A DNA stretch of 64,000 bases from Actinomycetota bacterium (GCA_040905525.1 JBBDRJ010000016.1:7004-71003); one strand, 5' to 3'. Numbered from the stretch's first letter, positions 1 to 9,851 are shown. Notes: a model not told the origin generated them from the letters alone. Numbers and translations are program-made.

Positions 1-2
1 TC

Positions 3-269
3 CTGCGCGAGAAAGCCGACGACGGCGCCGCCGTCCTGCTCGTCACGCACGATGTCGAGCTCGTTGCGCGAACGGCCGACCGCGTGCACATGCTGGCGGA
101 AGGCGACGTCGTCGCTTCGGGTCCCGTGCGCGAGGTGCTCGGAGAGTCGCTTCTGTTCTCCTCGCAGACATCCAAGGTGATGGGGGACGCGCGCTTCCTC
201 ACACCGGACGACGTGGTAAAGGGGTTGCCGCCAACGCAGCCTCCCGATCAGAGCGGCGCGCAGCAGTGA
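3..269 (+). CDS. C-terminal fragment of an ABC/ECF transporter ATP-binding subunit (truncated by window edge)
   Basis: The frame from base 3 reads LREKADDGAAVLLVTHDVELVARTADRVHML (H-loop VTHD). The stop overlaps the next gene (GTGA). Confidence 0.8.
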   Translation: MREKADDGAAVLLVTHDVELVARTADRVHMLAEGDVVASGPVREVLGESLLFSSQTSKVMGDARFLTPDDVVKGLPPTQPPDQSGAQQ

Positions 270-1045
270 TCGCTTTCGCGGCGGCGAACGTGCTCGGGCT
301 GGCCGCTCTCGCTTGGCCCCTGCTCCTCGGCGTCGGGAGCCCGGCCGGCGAGAACCAGGCACACGCGACGGACGCCCCGGCCCTCATCGCGCTTTTCGTC
401 CCGCTGCTGATCCTGGTTGCGCTGGACGCGGCGCGCGGAGAGAGGGGCGACGCGCGCCTCATCGCGTTGCTCGGCGTCTTGATCGCCGTCAACACCTTCC
501 TTCGCATACCAAAGGGCCCTTCCGGCGAGGGATTGGTCTTCATCCTGCCGATCTTGTCCGGGTGGTACATCGGCGCGCGCTTCGCCTTCCTTCTCGGTGC
601 GTTCTCGATCCTCACCTCGGCCGTGATCACCGGAGGGATCGGTCCGTGGATGCCGTTCCAGATGTTCGCTCTCGGTTGGGTGGGAGCCGGCTCCGGACTG
701 ATTCGCATCGCCGTGCGCGGCCGGCTGCCGGTCTTGGCGCTCGGCGCGTACGCGTACGCCTCGTCGGTCGCCTACGGCTTCGTGATGACGTTGTGGTTCT
801 GGCCGTTCCTGGGCCAGGGCGGTGACATCTTCTTCTCGGCCGGCCTCGGCCCTCTGGAGACGCTGACGCGATATCTGCGCTTCTACTCGATCACGTCGCT
901 TCCCTGGGACACGGGTCGCGCGATCCTCGCGAACGTCCCACTCGTGGTGATCCTCGCGCGGCCCGTAGGGAACCTGTTCGGGCGGGTGCGCGAACGCTTC
1001 GTCGCACGGATCGAGTTCGCCGAGCCCAGCGGTTCAGCCGCTTAG
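266..1045 (+). CDS. ECF transporter substrate-specific (S) component
   Basis: Multi-TM hydrophobic protein with G..GIGPW.PFQM motif, coupled to the upstream ATPase. Confidence 0.75.
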   Translation: MIAFAAANVLGLAALAWPLLLGVGSPAGENQAHATDAPALIALFVPLLILVALDAARGERGDARLIALLGVLIAVNTFLRIPKGPSGEGLVFILPILSGWYIGARFAFLLGAFSILTSAVITGGIGPWMPFQMFALGWVGAGSGLIRIAVRGRLPVLALGAYAYASSVAYGFVMTLWFWPFLGQGGDIFFSAGLGPLETLTRYLRFYSITSLPWDTGRAILANVPLVVILARPVGNLFGRVRERFVARIEFAEPSGSAA

Positions 1046-1051
1046 CCGCGT

Positions 1052-2155
1052 CTAGCCGGACTCCCGGCGGACAGCCCTGTAAGCCTCGTCCAGATCGTCG
1101 ATCAACCGATCGGGCGAAAAGCACACCTGAAGCCTGTGCCGACCTGCGGCCCCCATATCACTCGCCTTCGAGGGGTCGTCCACCAGCTGCACCAGGTAGT
1201 CCGCTGCGGCATGCGCATCGCCGCCGGGGAAGAGGTAGCCGGTGACATCGTGTTCAACCACGTCTTTCGTGCCGACCACGTCCGAGGCAATGATGGGTCG
1301 CGCAAACCCCATAGCTTCAAGCAGGACGAAGGGCGCGCCCTCCCAGCGCGAAGTCAGGAGCAGCATTGAGCTCCCGGCGATCGCACTCCTTCCCTCCATC
1401 GTGGTGCCCGCCAGGTTGATGCCCGGGTCTAGTTCCCGAACCAGCGATGAGATCTTCTTCTCCAGCACTCCGTCGCCGACGATGATCGCCTCCAGGTTGG
1501 GACGGCGCCGACGAGCCAGGGCCATGGTCCTAACGGTCGTCGCCGGATCCTTCTGGTACACCAACCTGTTCACAGCCACTACCCGTGGGCGCGCGGGCAT
1601 CGCCGGCACCTCGTCCGGAACAGGAATTGCGTTGCTTACGACAGCGATGCGTTCGGGTGGATACATCCGGCCCAAGACTTGCGCCTCGCTTGGTGAGACG
1701 GCGACGACCTTTCCCGTGATGGGTGCCAATAGTCGCTCGATCGCCCATTCCCCGATCCAGGGCAATCCCCGACGTTGATCCGCGAAACGAACGCCATTCG
1801 GCGTATGCACCGACGGGATCCCGAGTCGGCGCGCCACGGGCCTCGCGATGAAGCCGGCGGTCATGCTATGCGAATGGATAAGGTCCGGTGACCATTCACG
1901 GGCGTGCCTAGCAAGCTCGCGCGCCGCCAACGCGTTCCTGCCGTGCAACGGGAGTGTGTGGAACGGGATCCGGTACACGGTTACGCCGGAGCGACGTAGA
2001 GCTGGGATGAGCTGTGGGTCACTCAGGCCCCAAGCACGGCGATCGGGGAGCGCGACGGCCACTTCGTGTCCAGACCGCTGTTGCATCTCCGCGACGATCC
2101 CGACGTGAAGGCTGAGCCCGCCACCGACTGCTTCAATGACATGAAGGATTCTCAC
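1052..2155 (-). CDS. Glycosyltransferase family 4 (GT-B)
   Basis: MRILHVIE N-terminus, HSHS, TSRWEGAPFVLLEAMGF (E-x7-E). Confidence 0.9.
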   Translation of the reverse strand: MRILHVIEAVGGGLSLHVGIVAEMQQRSGHEVAVALPDRRAWGLSDPQLIPALRRSGVTVYRIPFHTLPLHGRNALAARELARHAREWSPDLIHSHSMTAGFIARPVARRLGIPSVHTPNGVRFADQRRGLPWIGEWAIERLLAPITGKVVAVSPSEAQVLGRMYPPERIAVVSNAIPVPDEVPAMPARPRVVAVNRLVYQKDPATTVRTMALARRRRPNLEAIIVGDGVLEKKISSLVRELDPGINLAGTTMEGRSAIAGSSMLLLTSRWEGAPFVLLEAMGFARPIIASDVVGTKDVVEHDVTGYLFPGGDAHAAADYLVQLVDDPSKASDMGAAGRHRLQVCFSPDRLIDDLDEAYRAVRRESG

Positions 2156-2284
2156 GTCGAGGGTTCAAGCGGCCGCGCCGGACACATTGGTCCGAACTCT
2201 TCATCGAGCATCTTTGCTCGACCTTGCTTCAGGACAACGACGGAGATCGTGGGAGCCGCGGAGCCGCGATCCAAGAAGCCTTGC

Positions 2285-3658
2285 TCAATGCTCGTGATGC
2301 TTCTGGATCAGAGCCGGTACTGTCTTGAGGATGATGTAGATATCCAGCAGAAGGCTCCAATTCCGCGTGTACGTCACGTCGAAGCGCAAGAGCTCTTCCG
2401 GGGACGTTTTGCTCTTCCTCTGAATCTGCCAAAGCCCAGTCATGCCAGGCGGCATCAAAAGTCGGCAAGCAAGTACCGGATCTGAAACCATTCCGGTTCC
2501 GAGAAGAGGGCGCGGTCCAACGATGCTCATGTCTCCCCTCAGTACATTCAAGAACTGAGGCAGCTCGTCCAGCGACAAACGCCTCAGCCAACGACCGACT
2601 CTAGTTACACGGGTTCTGTCGGCCGGCTGGAGGACGAATCCTAACTCGTCGTCGTCTCTCATCTCCGCGCCGTCGAGCATGGTCCTGAACTTCCAAACCG
2701 TGAATACTCGTCCGCCGCGACCCACTCTCACTTGCTTGAACAGGGCCGGCCCAGGTGAGTCGATCCGGATCAGAAAGGCGATGGTCAGCAGCGCGGGCAA
2801 GGTGACGAGTAGCGCGGCCGCGGAAAAAAGAAGGTCTATCGTGCGTTTCGCGATCCGCTGATATATGCGAAGAGACGCCGGTTCAAGCAACAGGCCCGGC
2901 TCTTCGCCAACCGGAACTACAGCGAGATTGTGCGCCAGCGTATAGTCGATGCCCGGAAGGACGAGAACCTGCACTGGCAACTGGTCGGCAATGGCTACGA
3001 CGTGGTTCACCTCGTCACGCTCCATATCCGTCGTGACGATGACCACCGCGCTCGCCTGATTCATACGGACGATGTAGTTGAGTTCGCTAAAGTTTCCTTC
3101 GGGAAGGCCATCCCATCCGAAGCCGCACGTCGCCACCGGCTGCAGACCGCGGATAGGGTTCAGGACCAGTTCTTCCAGTACGGCTTTCGCTTCCCGGTGC
3201 CCAACCACGACGACTGGTGTTTGCCACCGACCCTTCACGCGTCTGCGCGAGACGAACCAGTCGAGCGCACGGCGCTCAAGGGCGACTACGGGGATTACCA
3301 GAAGCGTGCTCAAAGCGATCCAGAGACGACTTGGTTCCTGCCGCACAGCGAATGAGAGGCTCACCAACGCGATGGGCGCCGCCAGGCCGGCGGCCACCAG
3401 GCGCCTTGCTTGTTCGACCGGGTTCATGTTGCGCGCCGGTTTGTAGAGGCTGAAAGCGGCAAACGAAGCGATCCACAGAGGAACTGCCAAAATCATGTGG
3501 TCGAGGAGGGGTTCGGAATTCAGACCGGCGCTCGTCAAGTCGAAGCTTCTAAGGGGCCCAAAGCGCAGCAAAGCCGCGCCGCCTAATGCGAGGGCGACGC
3601 TTCCCGTGTCCGCGAACAACGCCACTGTCCGCCACCAACCGTGCCACGCCGGCTTCAT
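2285..3658 (-). CDS. Polyprenyl-phosphate glycosyl-1-phosphate transferase (WcaJ/WbaP-like sugar transferase)
   Basis: N-terminal TM helices; KFRTM, RVGRWLRRLSLDELPQFLNVLRGDMSIVGPRP, PGMTGLWQI. Confidence 0.9.
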   Translation of the reverse strand: MKPAWHGWWRTVALFADTGSVALALGGAALLRFGPLRSFDLTSAGLNSEPLLDHMILAVPLWIASFAAFSLYKPARNMNPVEQARRLVAAGLAAPIALVSLSFAVRQEPSRLWIALSTLLVIPVVALERRALDWFVSRRRVKGRWQTPVVVVGHREAKAVLEELVLNPIRGLQPVATCGFGWDGLPEGNFSELNYIVRMNQASAVVIVTTDMERDEVNHVVAIADQLPVQVLVLPGIDYTLAHNLAVVPVGEEPGLLLEPASLRIYQRIAKRTIDLLFSAAALLVTLPALLTIAFLIRIDSPGPALFKQVRVGRGGRVFTVWKFRTMLDGAEMRDDDELGFVLQPADRTRVTRVGRWLRRLSLDELPQFLNVLRGDMSIVGPRPLLGTGMVSDPVLACRLLMPPGMTGLWQIQRKSKTSPEELLRFDVTYTRNWSLLLDIYIILKTVPALIQKHHEH

Positions 3659-3955
3659 CGTTTTCCCCCAGCCCCACTTAGACGGCTCAATGCCAAGTTG
3701 ACTTCAGAACCCATCGATCGCGGGGGCGAACTGCTCGCGATCGCAATTGAATCGGCCCCGCCCGGAATGCTCGGCCCGAAGCGGAAGCCCATCCCGAGCG
3801 GCGCGAAATCCTATCACTTCGGGAAAACGACGGAGCCGCCAAATTGGTTCGGACTAGCCGGGCAAGAGGCTCTGATCAGGGCTTACACCCTGCCCCGTGG
3901 ACGGCGGCGGTCGGGGTTGCGGCGTTCACAACAGCCGCCACGCTCCGCGATCCCG

Positions 3956-4186
3956 CTAAAGGCGTTCCTTGATCGAAGCCAAGATGGCGGCCTCGTCGTA
4001 GCCCTGAGCTTTGTCGAAGATCTCTTCGCCGTTAACGCGGATCTTGAACACACCCCTGTCACCGGTGACCAGCGCAACGGCGCGCAACTTCTGACCGAAT
4101 TCTGTGAGGATGATGCGCTGAGTGTCGATCGCCTTTTCGAGGTGACCGCATGGAACGCAGTATTCGATCTCGACATCAGTGGGCAT
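3956..4186 (-). CDS. Rdx family (SelT/SelW/SelH-like) redoxin, Cys form
   Basis: IEYCVPCG CxxC motif; GVFKIRVNGEEIFDK. Confidence 0.85.
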   Translation of the reverse strand: MPTDVEIEYCVPCGHLEKAIDTQRIILTEFGQKLRAVALVTGDRGVFKIRVNGEEIFDKAQGYDEAAILASIKERL

Positions 4187-4271
4187 ACCTATAGTTTACT
4201 TTGTCGCACCCCTCTTCCCACAACCGATCAAGCGCGGTAATACTGCGAATTTGTCCGGTCGAGGAGTCCGC

Positions 4272-6524
4272 TTGTCCACGTCTCAGCTCGAGGGAGAACA
4301 AGAGCACGTCGACCGTGCCTATGAACGCCTCGAAGTCCTTCGCTCGGAGGCGCAGTCGTCCTCGGTCCGCATGGCCGCATCGCCCGGCACCGGGAGCGCG
4401 CACGCGCTGTGGGAACGGGATGCGCTCTTCTCGCAGCGGCGCGACCGCGTCGTGGCTCTGACGATCGGTGACGACGAGCCGCTGGTCTTCGGACGCATCG
4501 ATACCAACGACCGCGAGCGTTTCCACGTGGGCCGGGTGGGCGTACTGGACAGCGACCATTCGTCCCTCGTCGTGGACTGGCGTGCGCCGGCGGCCGCGGC
4601 CTTCTATCGGGCCACGCCGGGCGACCCCAAGGGCGTCGTGCGTCGCCGACACCTCCACTGCCGGGGACGACGCGTGCTGGGACTCGACGACGAGCTGCTC
4701 GACAGCCACGACCCGCTGGCTTCCGAGCTTCCGTTGGTCGGCGAGGCTGCTCTTCTGCGCGCGGTCGACCGCGAACGCACCGGACGTATGCGCGACATCG
4801 TCTCGACCATCCAGGTCGAGCAGGATCGCGTGATCCGCGCGCCGATCGACGGGATCCTAGTCGTGGCCGGCGGGCCGGGGACGGGCAAGACCGCCGTGGG
4901 ACTTCACCGCGCGGCCTATCTCCTCTACACACACCGGCATCGCCTCGAGCGGTCGGGTGTTCTCCTCGTTGGTCCCGACCCGATCTTCCTGCGCTACGTC
5001 GAACACGTGCTTCCGTCCCTCGGCGAAGGATCGGTCCGGCTGGCCACCGCGGCCGAGCTCGTCGAAGGAGTGACGACATCGGGTCGCGATTCCGTCGCTG
5101 CCGAGGCGGTCAAAGGCGACCTGCGGATGACCAAGGTTGTGCGCGCCGCGGTTCGCGATCGCGAGCGCGCCATCCCGGAAACGGTGCGCGTCCTGCACGA
5201 CGGCGAGATGCTCGAGCTCGAGCCCGCGGCCACGCAGCGCATAATCGAGCGCGTCGCCAAGATGCGCGGGACGCACAACGAACGACGGCAGCAGGTCGAG
5301 ATGGCCCTCCTGCTTCATCTCCTCGATCTGTATCGCGCGGAGACCAAGCGTTCGGCGGCGGCGGGACGACGCGGACCGGCGCCGTGGGGGACGAAGGTTC
5401 CCAAAGCCGAGCAGATCGAGTTCTTCGAGGCGATGCTCGAGAGCCCGCGCGTCACCGAGGCCATCGATGCGATGTGGCCGATGCTGTCGCCGCAGCGTTT
5501 GCTGCGCGAGCTCTATGTGGACGCGAGCGCTTTGCAGCGGGTGACGAAAGGAGCGCTGACCGAAGACGAGAGCGACGCTTTGGGCCGGCCTCCGGAAGCC
5601 GCATGGACTCCCGCCGATGTCGCGTTGCTGGACGAAGCGCGCGTCCTTCTCGGCCCCCAGCGCGGACGCCGGCCCGAGTCGACCGAGCCACAGATGGACG
5701 AGGAAGAGCGCTGGATCATCGAGCGCATGCTCGACGACATATCCGAGTTCGAACCGATCGTCTCCGTGGAGCGCGGATGGATGGCCGAGCGCTACCTCGA
5801 TCAGAGGGCCGACCTCGATCGCACGCGCGGCAAGCCTCCCGAGCGTTCGACCTTCGGACACGTCATCGTCGACGAGGCCCAGGACCTGTCGCCTATGCAG
5901 TGGCGGATGATCGCGCGCCGCTGTCCGTCGCGTTCGATGACGATCCTCGGCGATCTCGCGCAGGCCTCCGGTGCATGGGTACCCACGGAATGGACGGAGG
6001 TTCTCGAAGCGCTCCGGTCGCGCCGGGAGCCGAGCGTGGCCGAGCTGACCATCAACTACCGCACCCCGGCGGCGATCATGGACGTGGCCGACCGCGTGAT
6101 CCGCGACGTGGCGCCCGGCCTGAGGCGACCGACGTCGGTGCGAGCGGGCGACGGACCTCCGCGGTTCCATCGTGTTCCGGTTTTGGACCTTGTGACGGAA
6201 GCGGCCCGCCACGCGCTGGCCGAGCGCGAAGACCTAACGGAAGGAACGTTAGCTCTGATCGTTCCCAGCGAGATCGTGCGCGACGCTTACGCACGCGTCG
6301 GCGAGAAGGCGGGGGCCGGACCCGGCGACCTCGACGCACCGATCGTCGTGATCGATCCTCGCCGCGCGAAAGGGTTGGAGTTCGACGTGGTCGTGGTGGC
6401 CGAGCCGCGAAAGATCCAGGACGAAGCGGGAGCGCGCGGGCTGTACGTCACGCTGACGCGTCCGACGCAACGCCTGGTCGTCGTGCACGCCAACGAACTA
6501 CCGAAGGCGCTTCAGGGCGAGTAG
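4272..6524 (+). CDS. helD: HelD/HelR-family SF1 helicase-like RNA polymerase-associated ATPase
   Basis: FGRID...VDWRAPAAAAFYRAT, Walker A GGPGTGKT, VDEAQD, INYRTP, AKGLEFD. Start placed at TTG 4272 after GAGGAG. Confidence 0.8.
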   Translation: MSTSQLEGEQEHVDRAYERLEVLRSEAQSSSVRMAASPGTGSAHALWERDALFSQRRDRVVALTIGDDEPLVFGRIDTNDRERFHVGRVGVLDSDHSSLVVDWRAPAAAAFYRATPGDPKGVVRRRHLHCRGRRVLGLDDELLDSHDPLASELPLVGEAALLRAVDRERTGRMRDIVSTIQVEQDRVIRAPIDGILVVAGGPGTGKTAVGLHRAAYLLYTHRHRLERSGVLLVGPDPIFLRYVEHVLPSLGEGSVRLATAAELVEGVTTSGRDSVAAEAVKGDLRMTKVVRAAVRDRERAIPETVRVLHDGEMLELEPAATQRIIERVAKMRGTHNERRQQVEMALLLHLLDLYRAETKRSAAAGRRGPAPWGTKVPKAEQIEFFEAMLESPRVTEAIDAMWPMLSPQRLLRELYVDASALQRVTKGALTEDESDALGRPPEAAWTPADVALLDEARVLLGPQRGRRPESTEPQMDEEERWIIERMLDDISEFEPIVSVERGWMAERYLDQRADLDRTRGKPPERSTFGHVIVDEAQDLSPMQWRMIARRCPSRSMTILGDLAQASGAWVPTEWTEVLEALRSRREPSVAELTINYRTPAAIMDVADRVIRDVAPGLRRPTSVRAGDGPPRFHRVPVLDLVTEAARHALAEREDLTEGTLALIVPSEIVRDAYARVGEKAGAGPGDLDAPIVVIDPRRAKGLEFDVVVVAEPRKIQDEAGARGLYVTLTRPTQRLVVVHANELPKALQGE

Positions 6525-6910
6525 ATCCGAAGTTCGGAGTGCCGGGCGATGGCGTCGAAGTCGGAATCGTTATGCAAGAGCTCGGCCCCCGCCCGAATGA
6601 CGGGAACCGCTATCAGGCAATCGATCTGACTTTTGAGCGTATGCCCCCAAGATCGGCAGGTCCTGTAGATCTGAGCCGCTTCTTTGAAGTCCGGTGGTCC
6701 GTTCAAACGCAGCGTCGGAAACGACGAGAACGTCTCCCTTAGTTCGATGGCGTCCTTCTCGGACTTTGCGCCGGCCAGGACTTCCATCAAAACGCACTCC
6801 GTTAGGAGCACGTCGGCTTGCTCTTCCAACAGCGCCTTGATCGCGTGCGTGGACGTATGGTCAGTGCTTCGGAGGAACTCGATCCAGGCCGATGTGTCCG
6901 GAACGATCAA
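6512..6910 (-). CDS. vapC: VapC PIN-domain toxin
   Basis: MIVPDTSAWI, EVLAG, IDCLIA, LLHNDSDFD (acidic PIN residues). Confidence 0.9.
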   Translation of the reverse strand: MIVPDTSAWIEFLRSTDHTSTHAIKALLEEQADVLLTECVLMEVLAGAKSEKDAIELRETFSSFPTLRLNGPPDFKEAAQIYRTCRSWGHTLKSQIDCLIAVPVIRAGAELLHNDSDFDAIARHSELRIYSP

Positions 6911-7113
6911 TCGAACGTTCTGGTCCGCCGCATCTCCTCAAGATCACCTTCCCAGCCGATCCCTTGGAGCTTGAGCACGTCGCGATGCCGTTGCGGTTTG
7001 TTGGCCGCAGCGCGGAGCGCAAAATCGATGGCTTCTCGCTTGCTCTTCAAGCCGTAGAGCTTCATCACCTGCTCGATGAGCTCGTCATCAACGACCACGT
7101 TCGTCCGTCCCAT
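6907..7113 (-). CDS. vapB: VapB antitoxin (RHH type)
   Basis: MGRTNVVVDDELIEQVMKLYGLKSKREAIDFAL...WEGDLEEMR; ATGA overlap with vapC. Confidence 0.85.
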   Translation of the reverse strand: MGRTNVVVDDELIEQVMKLYGLKSKREAIDFALRAAANKPQRHRDVLKLQGIGWEGDLEEMRRTRTFD

Positions 7114-7133
7114 AATTCGAGAATACCGCTTCA

Positions 7134-7149
7134 TACACATCAGTGTGTA
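7134..7149. promoter_or_regulatory. Palindromic operator, probably for VapBC autoregulation
   Basis: TACACA-TCAG-TGTGTA perfect 6-bp arms, about 20 bp upstream of vapB. Confidence 0.5.
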
Positions 7150-7175
7150 GAGAGCCTCCACAGCTTGACAATAGA

Positions 7176-7190
7176 CGAACACATGTTCGA
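7176..7190 (+). promoter_or_regulatory. LexA SOS box upstream of imuA
   Basis: CGAAC-ACAT-GTTCGA matches actinobacterial TCGAAC-N4-GTTCGA and lies just downstream of TTGACA (7165-7170). Confidence 0.85.
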
Positions 7191-7205
7191 TTGTAGTTGG
7201 TCCGG

Positions 7206-7910
7206 ATGACGGATCGACTCGGAGCCCTCCTGGCCGAAAACCCCGGTCTGGAGCGCGCCTCGCACCTGGCCCCCACCGTCCTGCCCGTCCTTCAGGCCTT
7301 CGAAGCACTGCTCCCCGAAGCCGGACTTCGCCCGGGAACGACGACGTGCGTGACCGGCGTCGGCGCGACATCGCTCGGCCTTTCTCTGGTATCGCGCGCC
7401 TCTCGCGACGCATGGACGGCGGCCGTCGGCATGCCAACGCTCGGCCTTCATGCCGCGGCCGAGCTCGGCATCGATCTCGATCGTCTCGTCGTCATCGAAG
7501 ACCCCGGTAAGCAGTGGACGGACGTGCTCGCCGCCCTCGTCGACTCCTTCGACGTTGTGCTCGTAAACGCAACCATCGGGGCGGGGGGTTCGGGGGGCGC
7601 TGCGCCCCCCATAAGAAAGGTCAACGCAAGGGTCCGGGAACAAGGCAGCGTGCTGGTCGCCATCGGGCCCTGGCCGGAAAGCGACGTTCGATTCGTCGGA
7701 ACGACGTCGGTGTGGCATGGGATCGGCCACGGTCACGGACACCTCACCGCACGCGCGCTCGGCGTAACCACGTCCGGACGACGCGCTGCGGCGCGTCCTC
7801 GCAACGCAACGCTGTGGCTCCCGGACGCCGACGGCAACATCACGACCTTCGAGCGCGACAACGTGGTGCCAATCGGGGGACACCCCCCAACCCCCGGGCT
7901 GGCGACATGA
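7206..7910 (+). CDS. imuA: ImuA-like RecA-fold mutasome accessory protein
   Basis: LPVLQAFEALLPEAGLRPG, GLHAAAELGIDLDRLVVI, ARVREQGSVLV; SOS box upstream; ATGA overlap with imuB. Confidence 0.75.
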   Translation: MTDRLGALLAENPGLERASHLAPTVLPVLQAFEALLPEAGLRPGTTTCVTGVGATSLGLSLVSRASRDAWTAAVGMPTLGLHAAAELGIDLDRLVVIEDPGKQWTDVLAALVDSFDVVLVNATIGAGGSGGAAPPIRKVNARVREQGSVLVAIGPWPESDVRFVGTTSVWHGIGHGHGHLTARALGVTTSGRRAAARPRNATLWLPDADGNITTFERDNVVPIGGHPPTPGLAT

Positions 7911-9493
7911 CGCGCACGCTGGCCGTCGGATGCCCGCGGTGGCCGATCGTGGCGGCCGATCTCGATCCGTACGCGCCGGCCGCCGTCTTCTTCGACAACC
8001 GCGTCGCGTCTTCGTCCCCGGAAGCAGTTGGCTTCGGCATCCGCAAAGGCATGAGGCGCCGCGAAGCACAGGCCCGGTGTCCCGAGGTCAAGGTGCTCGT
8101 CCACGATCCCGCACGAGACATGCGTGCCTTCGAGGCCGTGGTATCAGTTGTCGAATCGTTCTCGCCGCGCGTGGAGATCGTGCGTCCGGGTTTGTGCGTT
8201 GTCTCCTCGCGCGGACCGGCGCGTTACTTCGGCGGTGAGGAGCATCTGCGCGAACGCGTGGCGAACGCCGTCGACGAAGCGATCGCCACGGTTCGGTCCC
8301 AGCCTTTGCATCCGGACGACCGGACGCGCACGGGCATAGCCGACGGACCGTTCGCCGCCGAGCTCGCCGCCATGCGCGGACGCGTTATCGCGCCGCTCGG
8401 GAGCCCGACTTTCCTTGCACCGTTCCCCATCGACCTCTTGGATCAACCAGATTTGTGCGACCTCCTGCATCGTCTCGGCATCCACACCCTCGGCGACCTC
8501 TCCGCTCTTCCCCGCGAACGCGTCGTCGCGCGTTTCGGAGCCGGAGGCGAGATCGCGCACCGTCTGGCCTCGGGCGACGACGACCGGCTGCTCGAGCCCC
8601 GACAGATCCCGCCCGACCTCGGCGTCGTGCGTGAGCTCGAGCATCCCGCCCGCCGCGTCGACGTGGCGATGTTCGCAGGCAAGGGAGCGGCCGACGAGCT
8701 CGCAGAGAAGTTGGGAGAGCTGGGGCTGGCCTGCGCGAAGCTCGCGATCAGTGTTGAGACCGAGCACGGCGAGGAACGAACACGAGTGTGGCGTTACTCG
8801 TCTGCCTTCACTCCCGTTGCGATCGCCGAACGCATCCGCTGGCAGCTCGAAGGATGGCTGCACGAAAACGATCGTCCGACCGGAGGCATCGCGTTCATCC
8901 GGCTGCTGCCCGAAGACGTCGGTCCCGCCACGGGAACCAAGGTCGGGTTCTGGAGCCGGCGCGGCGAGGTGAGCGATCGCGTGCGCCGCTCGATCGCGCG
9001 CGTGCAGGGTTTGCTCGGACAACGCGGAGCCCAGCAAGCCACGCTTTCCGGAGGACGGCATCCGAGCGAGCAGGCCCATCTGGTTCCGTGGGGCGATCCC
9101 GTCGAGGCAGCCAGGCCGGGACTCCCCGGGACGAAAACCGTGGCCGGTCCTGTCACCGTCGAGCTCCCGCCGTGGCCGGGCCGGCTGCCCACACCGGCGC
9201 CGGCGATCGTCTACGACGAGGCCCTGGGGGCCGAAGTTGTCGACGAAGAGAACCGCGCCGTTGGCGTGTCCGGGCGCTTCGCCGCGACATCGAAGCCGTC
9301 ACGCGTTCGCTTCGCCGGACGCAGCTGGACGGACATCACGGCGTGGGCCGGTCCGTGGCCGGTGGACGAGAAGTGGTGGGACTCCGACGCGCACCGTCGC
9401 CGCGCGCGGTTCCAGATCGCGCTTTCGGACGGAACCGCACATCTCCTCGTCGTCGAAAAGGGACGCTGGTTCGTAGAGGCGACCTACGACTAA
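7907..9493 (+). CDS. imuB: ImuB, Y-family polymerase-like protein (catalytic acidic residues not evident)
   Basis: GIRKGMRRREAQARCP, LLHRLGIHTLGDL, C-terminal WAGPWPVDEKWWD...W.VEATYD. Start at ATG 7907. Confidence 0.85.
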   Translation: MTRTLAVGCPRWPIVAADLDPYAPAAVFFDNRVASSSPEAVGFGIRKGMRRREAQARCPEVKVLVHDPARDMRAFEAVVSVVESFSPRVEIVRPGLCVVSSRGPARYFGGEEHLRERVANAVDEAIATVRSQPLHPDDRTRTGIADGPFAAELAAMRGRVIAPLGSPTFLAPFPIDLLDQPDLCDLLHRLGIHTLGDLSALPRERVVARFGAGGEIAHRLASGDDDRLLEPRQIPPDLGVVRELEHPARRVDVAMFAGKGAADELAEKLGELGLACAKLAISVETEHGEERTRVWRYSSAFTPVAIAERIRWQLEGWLHENDRPTGGIAFIRLLPEDVGPATGTKVGFWSRRGEVSDRVRRSIARVQGLLGQRGAQQATLSGGRHPSEQAHLVPWGDPVEAARPGLPGTKTVAGPVTVELPPWPGRLPTPAPAIVYDEALGAEVVDEENRAVGVSGRFAATSKPSRVRFAGRSWTDITAWAGPWPVDEKWWDSDAHRRRARFQIALSDGTAHLLVVEKGRWFVEATYD

Positions 9494-9810
9494 AGCCGAC
9501 GGATGGCCATCAGGAGACCGAGAAGCTCCGGGTCGTCGGATTGATCCGAGTCGTCGGCGACGCGATTGACGCGCTCGACGCAGCACCGCTCGCACTTGTG
9601 GACGATCTGCAGTCCCTTCCGGGACCTCTTCACTGCAACGGCAATCATCACGCCGTCGCACGTTTCCATCCGATCGCCCGGCATCACGTCCACGTGACGC
9701 GACGACAAACAGAACGGACAGTGATTGCGATAGCTGCCGTTGGTAAGCGGCCTCACGTCGCGCTCACATACGGCGCAACGAAAGCCCGTGTTCTCAAATC
9801 TGCGACCCAC
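9490..9810 (-). CDS. RNHCP domain protein (Cys/His-rich, probable zinc binding)
   Basis: FRCAVCE...YRNHCPFCLSSRHVDVMPGDR...HKCERC. GTG 9810 follows AAGGAG (TTG 9816 is the alternative). Confidence 0.85.
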   Translation of the reverse strand: MGRRFENTGFRCAVCERDVRPLTNGSYRNHCPFCLSSRHVDVMPGDRMETCDGVMIAVAVKRSRKGLQIVHKCERCCVERVNRVADDSDQSDDPELLGLLMAIRRL

Positions 9811-9816
9811 GCCCAA

Positions 9817-9851
9817 CTCCTTGGTTTCGCGTTCTGCGAGAACTCAAGGAG
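9817..9851 (-). promoter_or_regulatory. Hairpin sequestering the RBS of the RNHCP gene
   Basis: Minus strand CTCCTTG...CAAGGAG arms enclose an inner GTTCT-CGC-AGAAC stem; the 3' arm is the Shine-Dalgarno. Confidence 0.45.

Noticed and set aside
3956-4186. Selenoprotein (SelW-type CxxU)
   Set aside because: Both motif codons are TGC (Cys) and there is no in-frame TGA.
4187-4271. Rifamycin-associated element upstream of the helD/helR-like gene
   Set aside because: No long inverted repeat of that type is visible, so the gene is not called helR.
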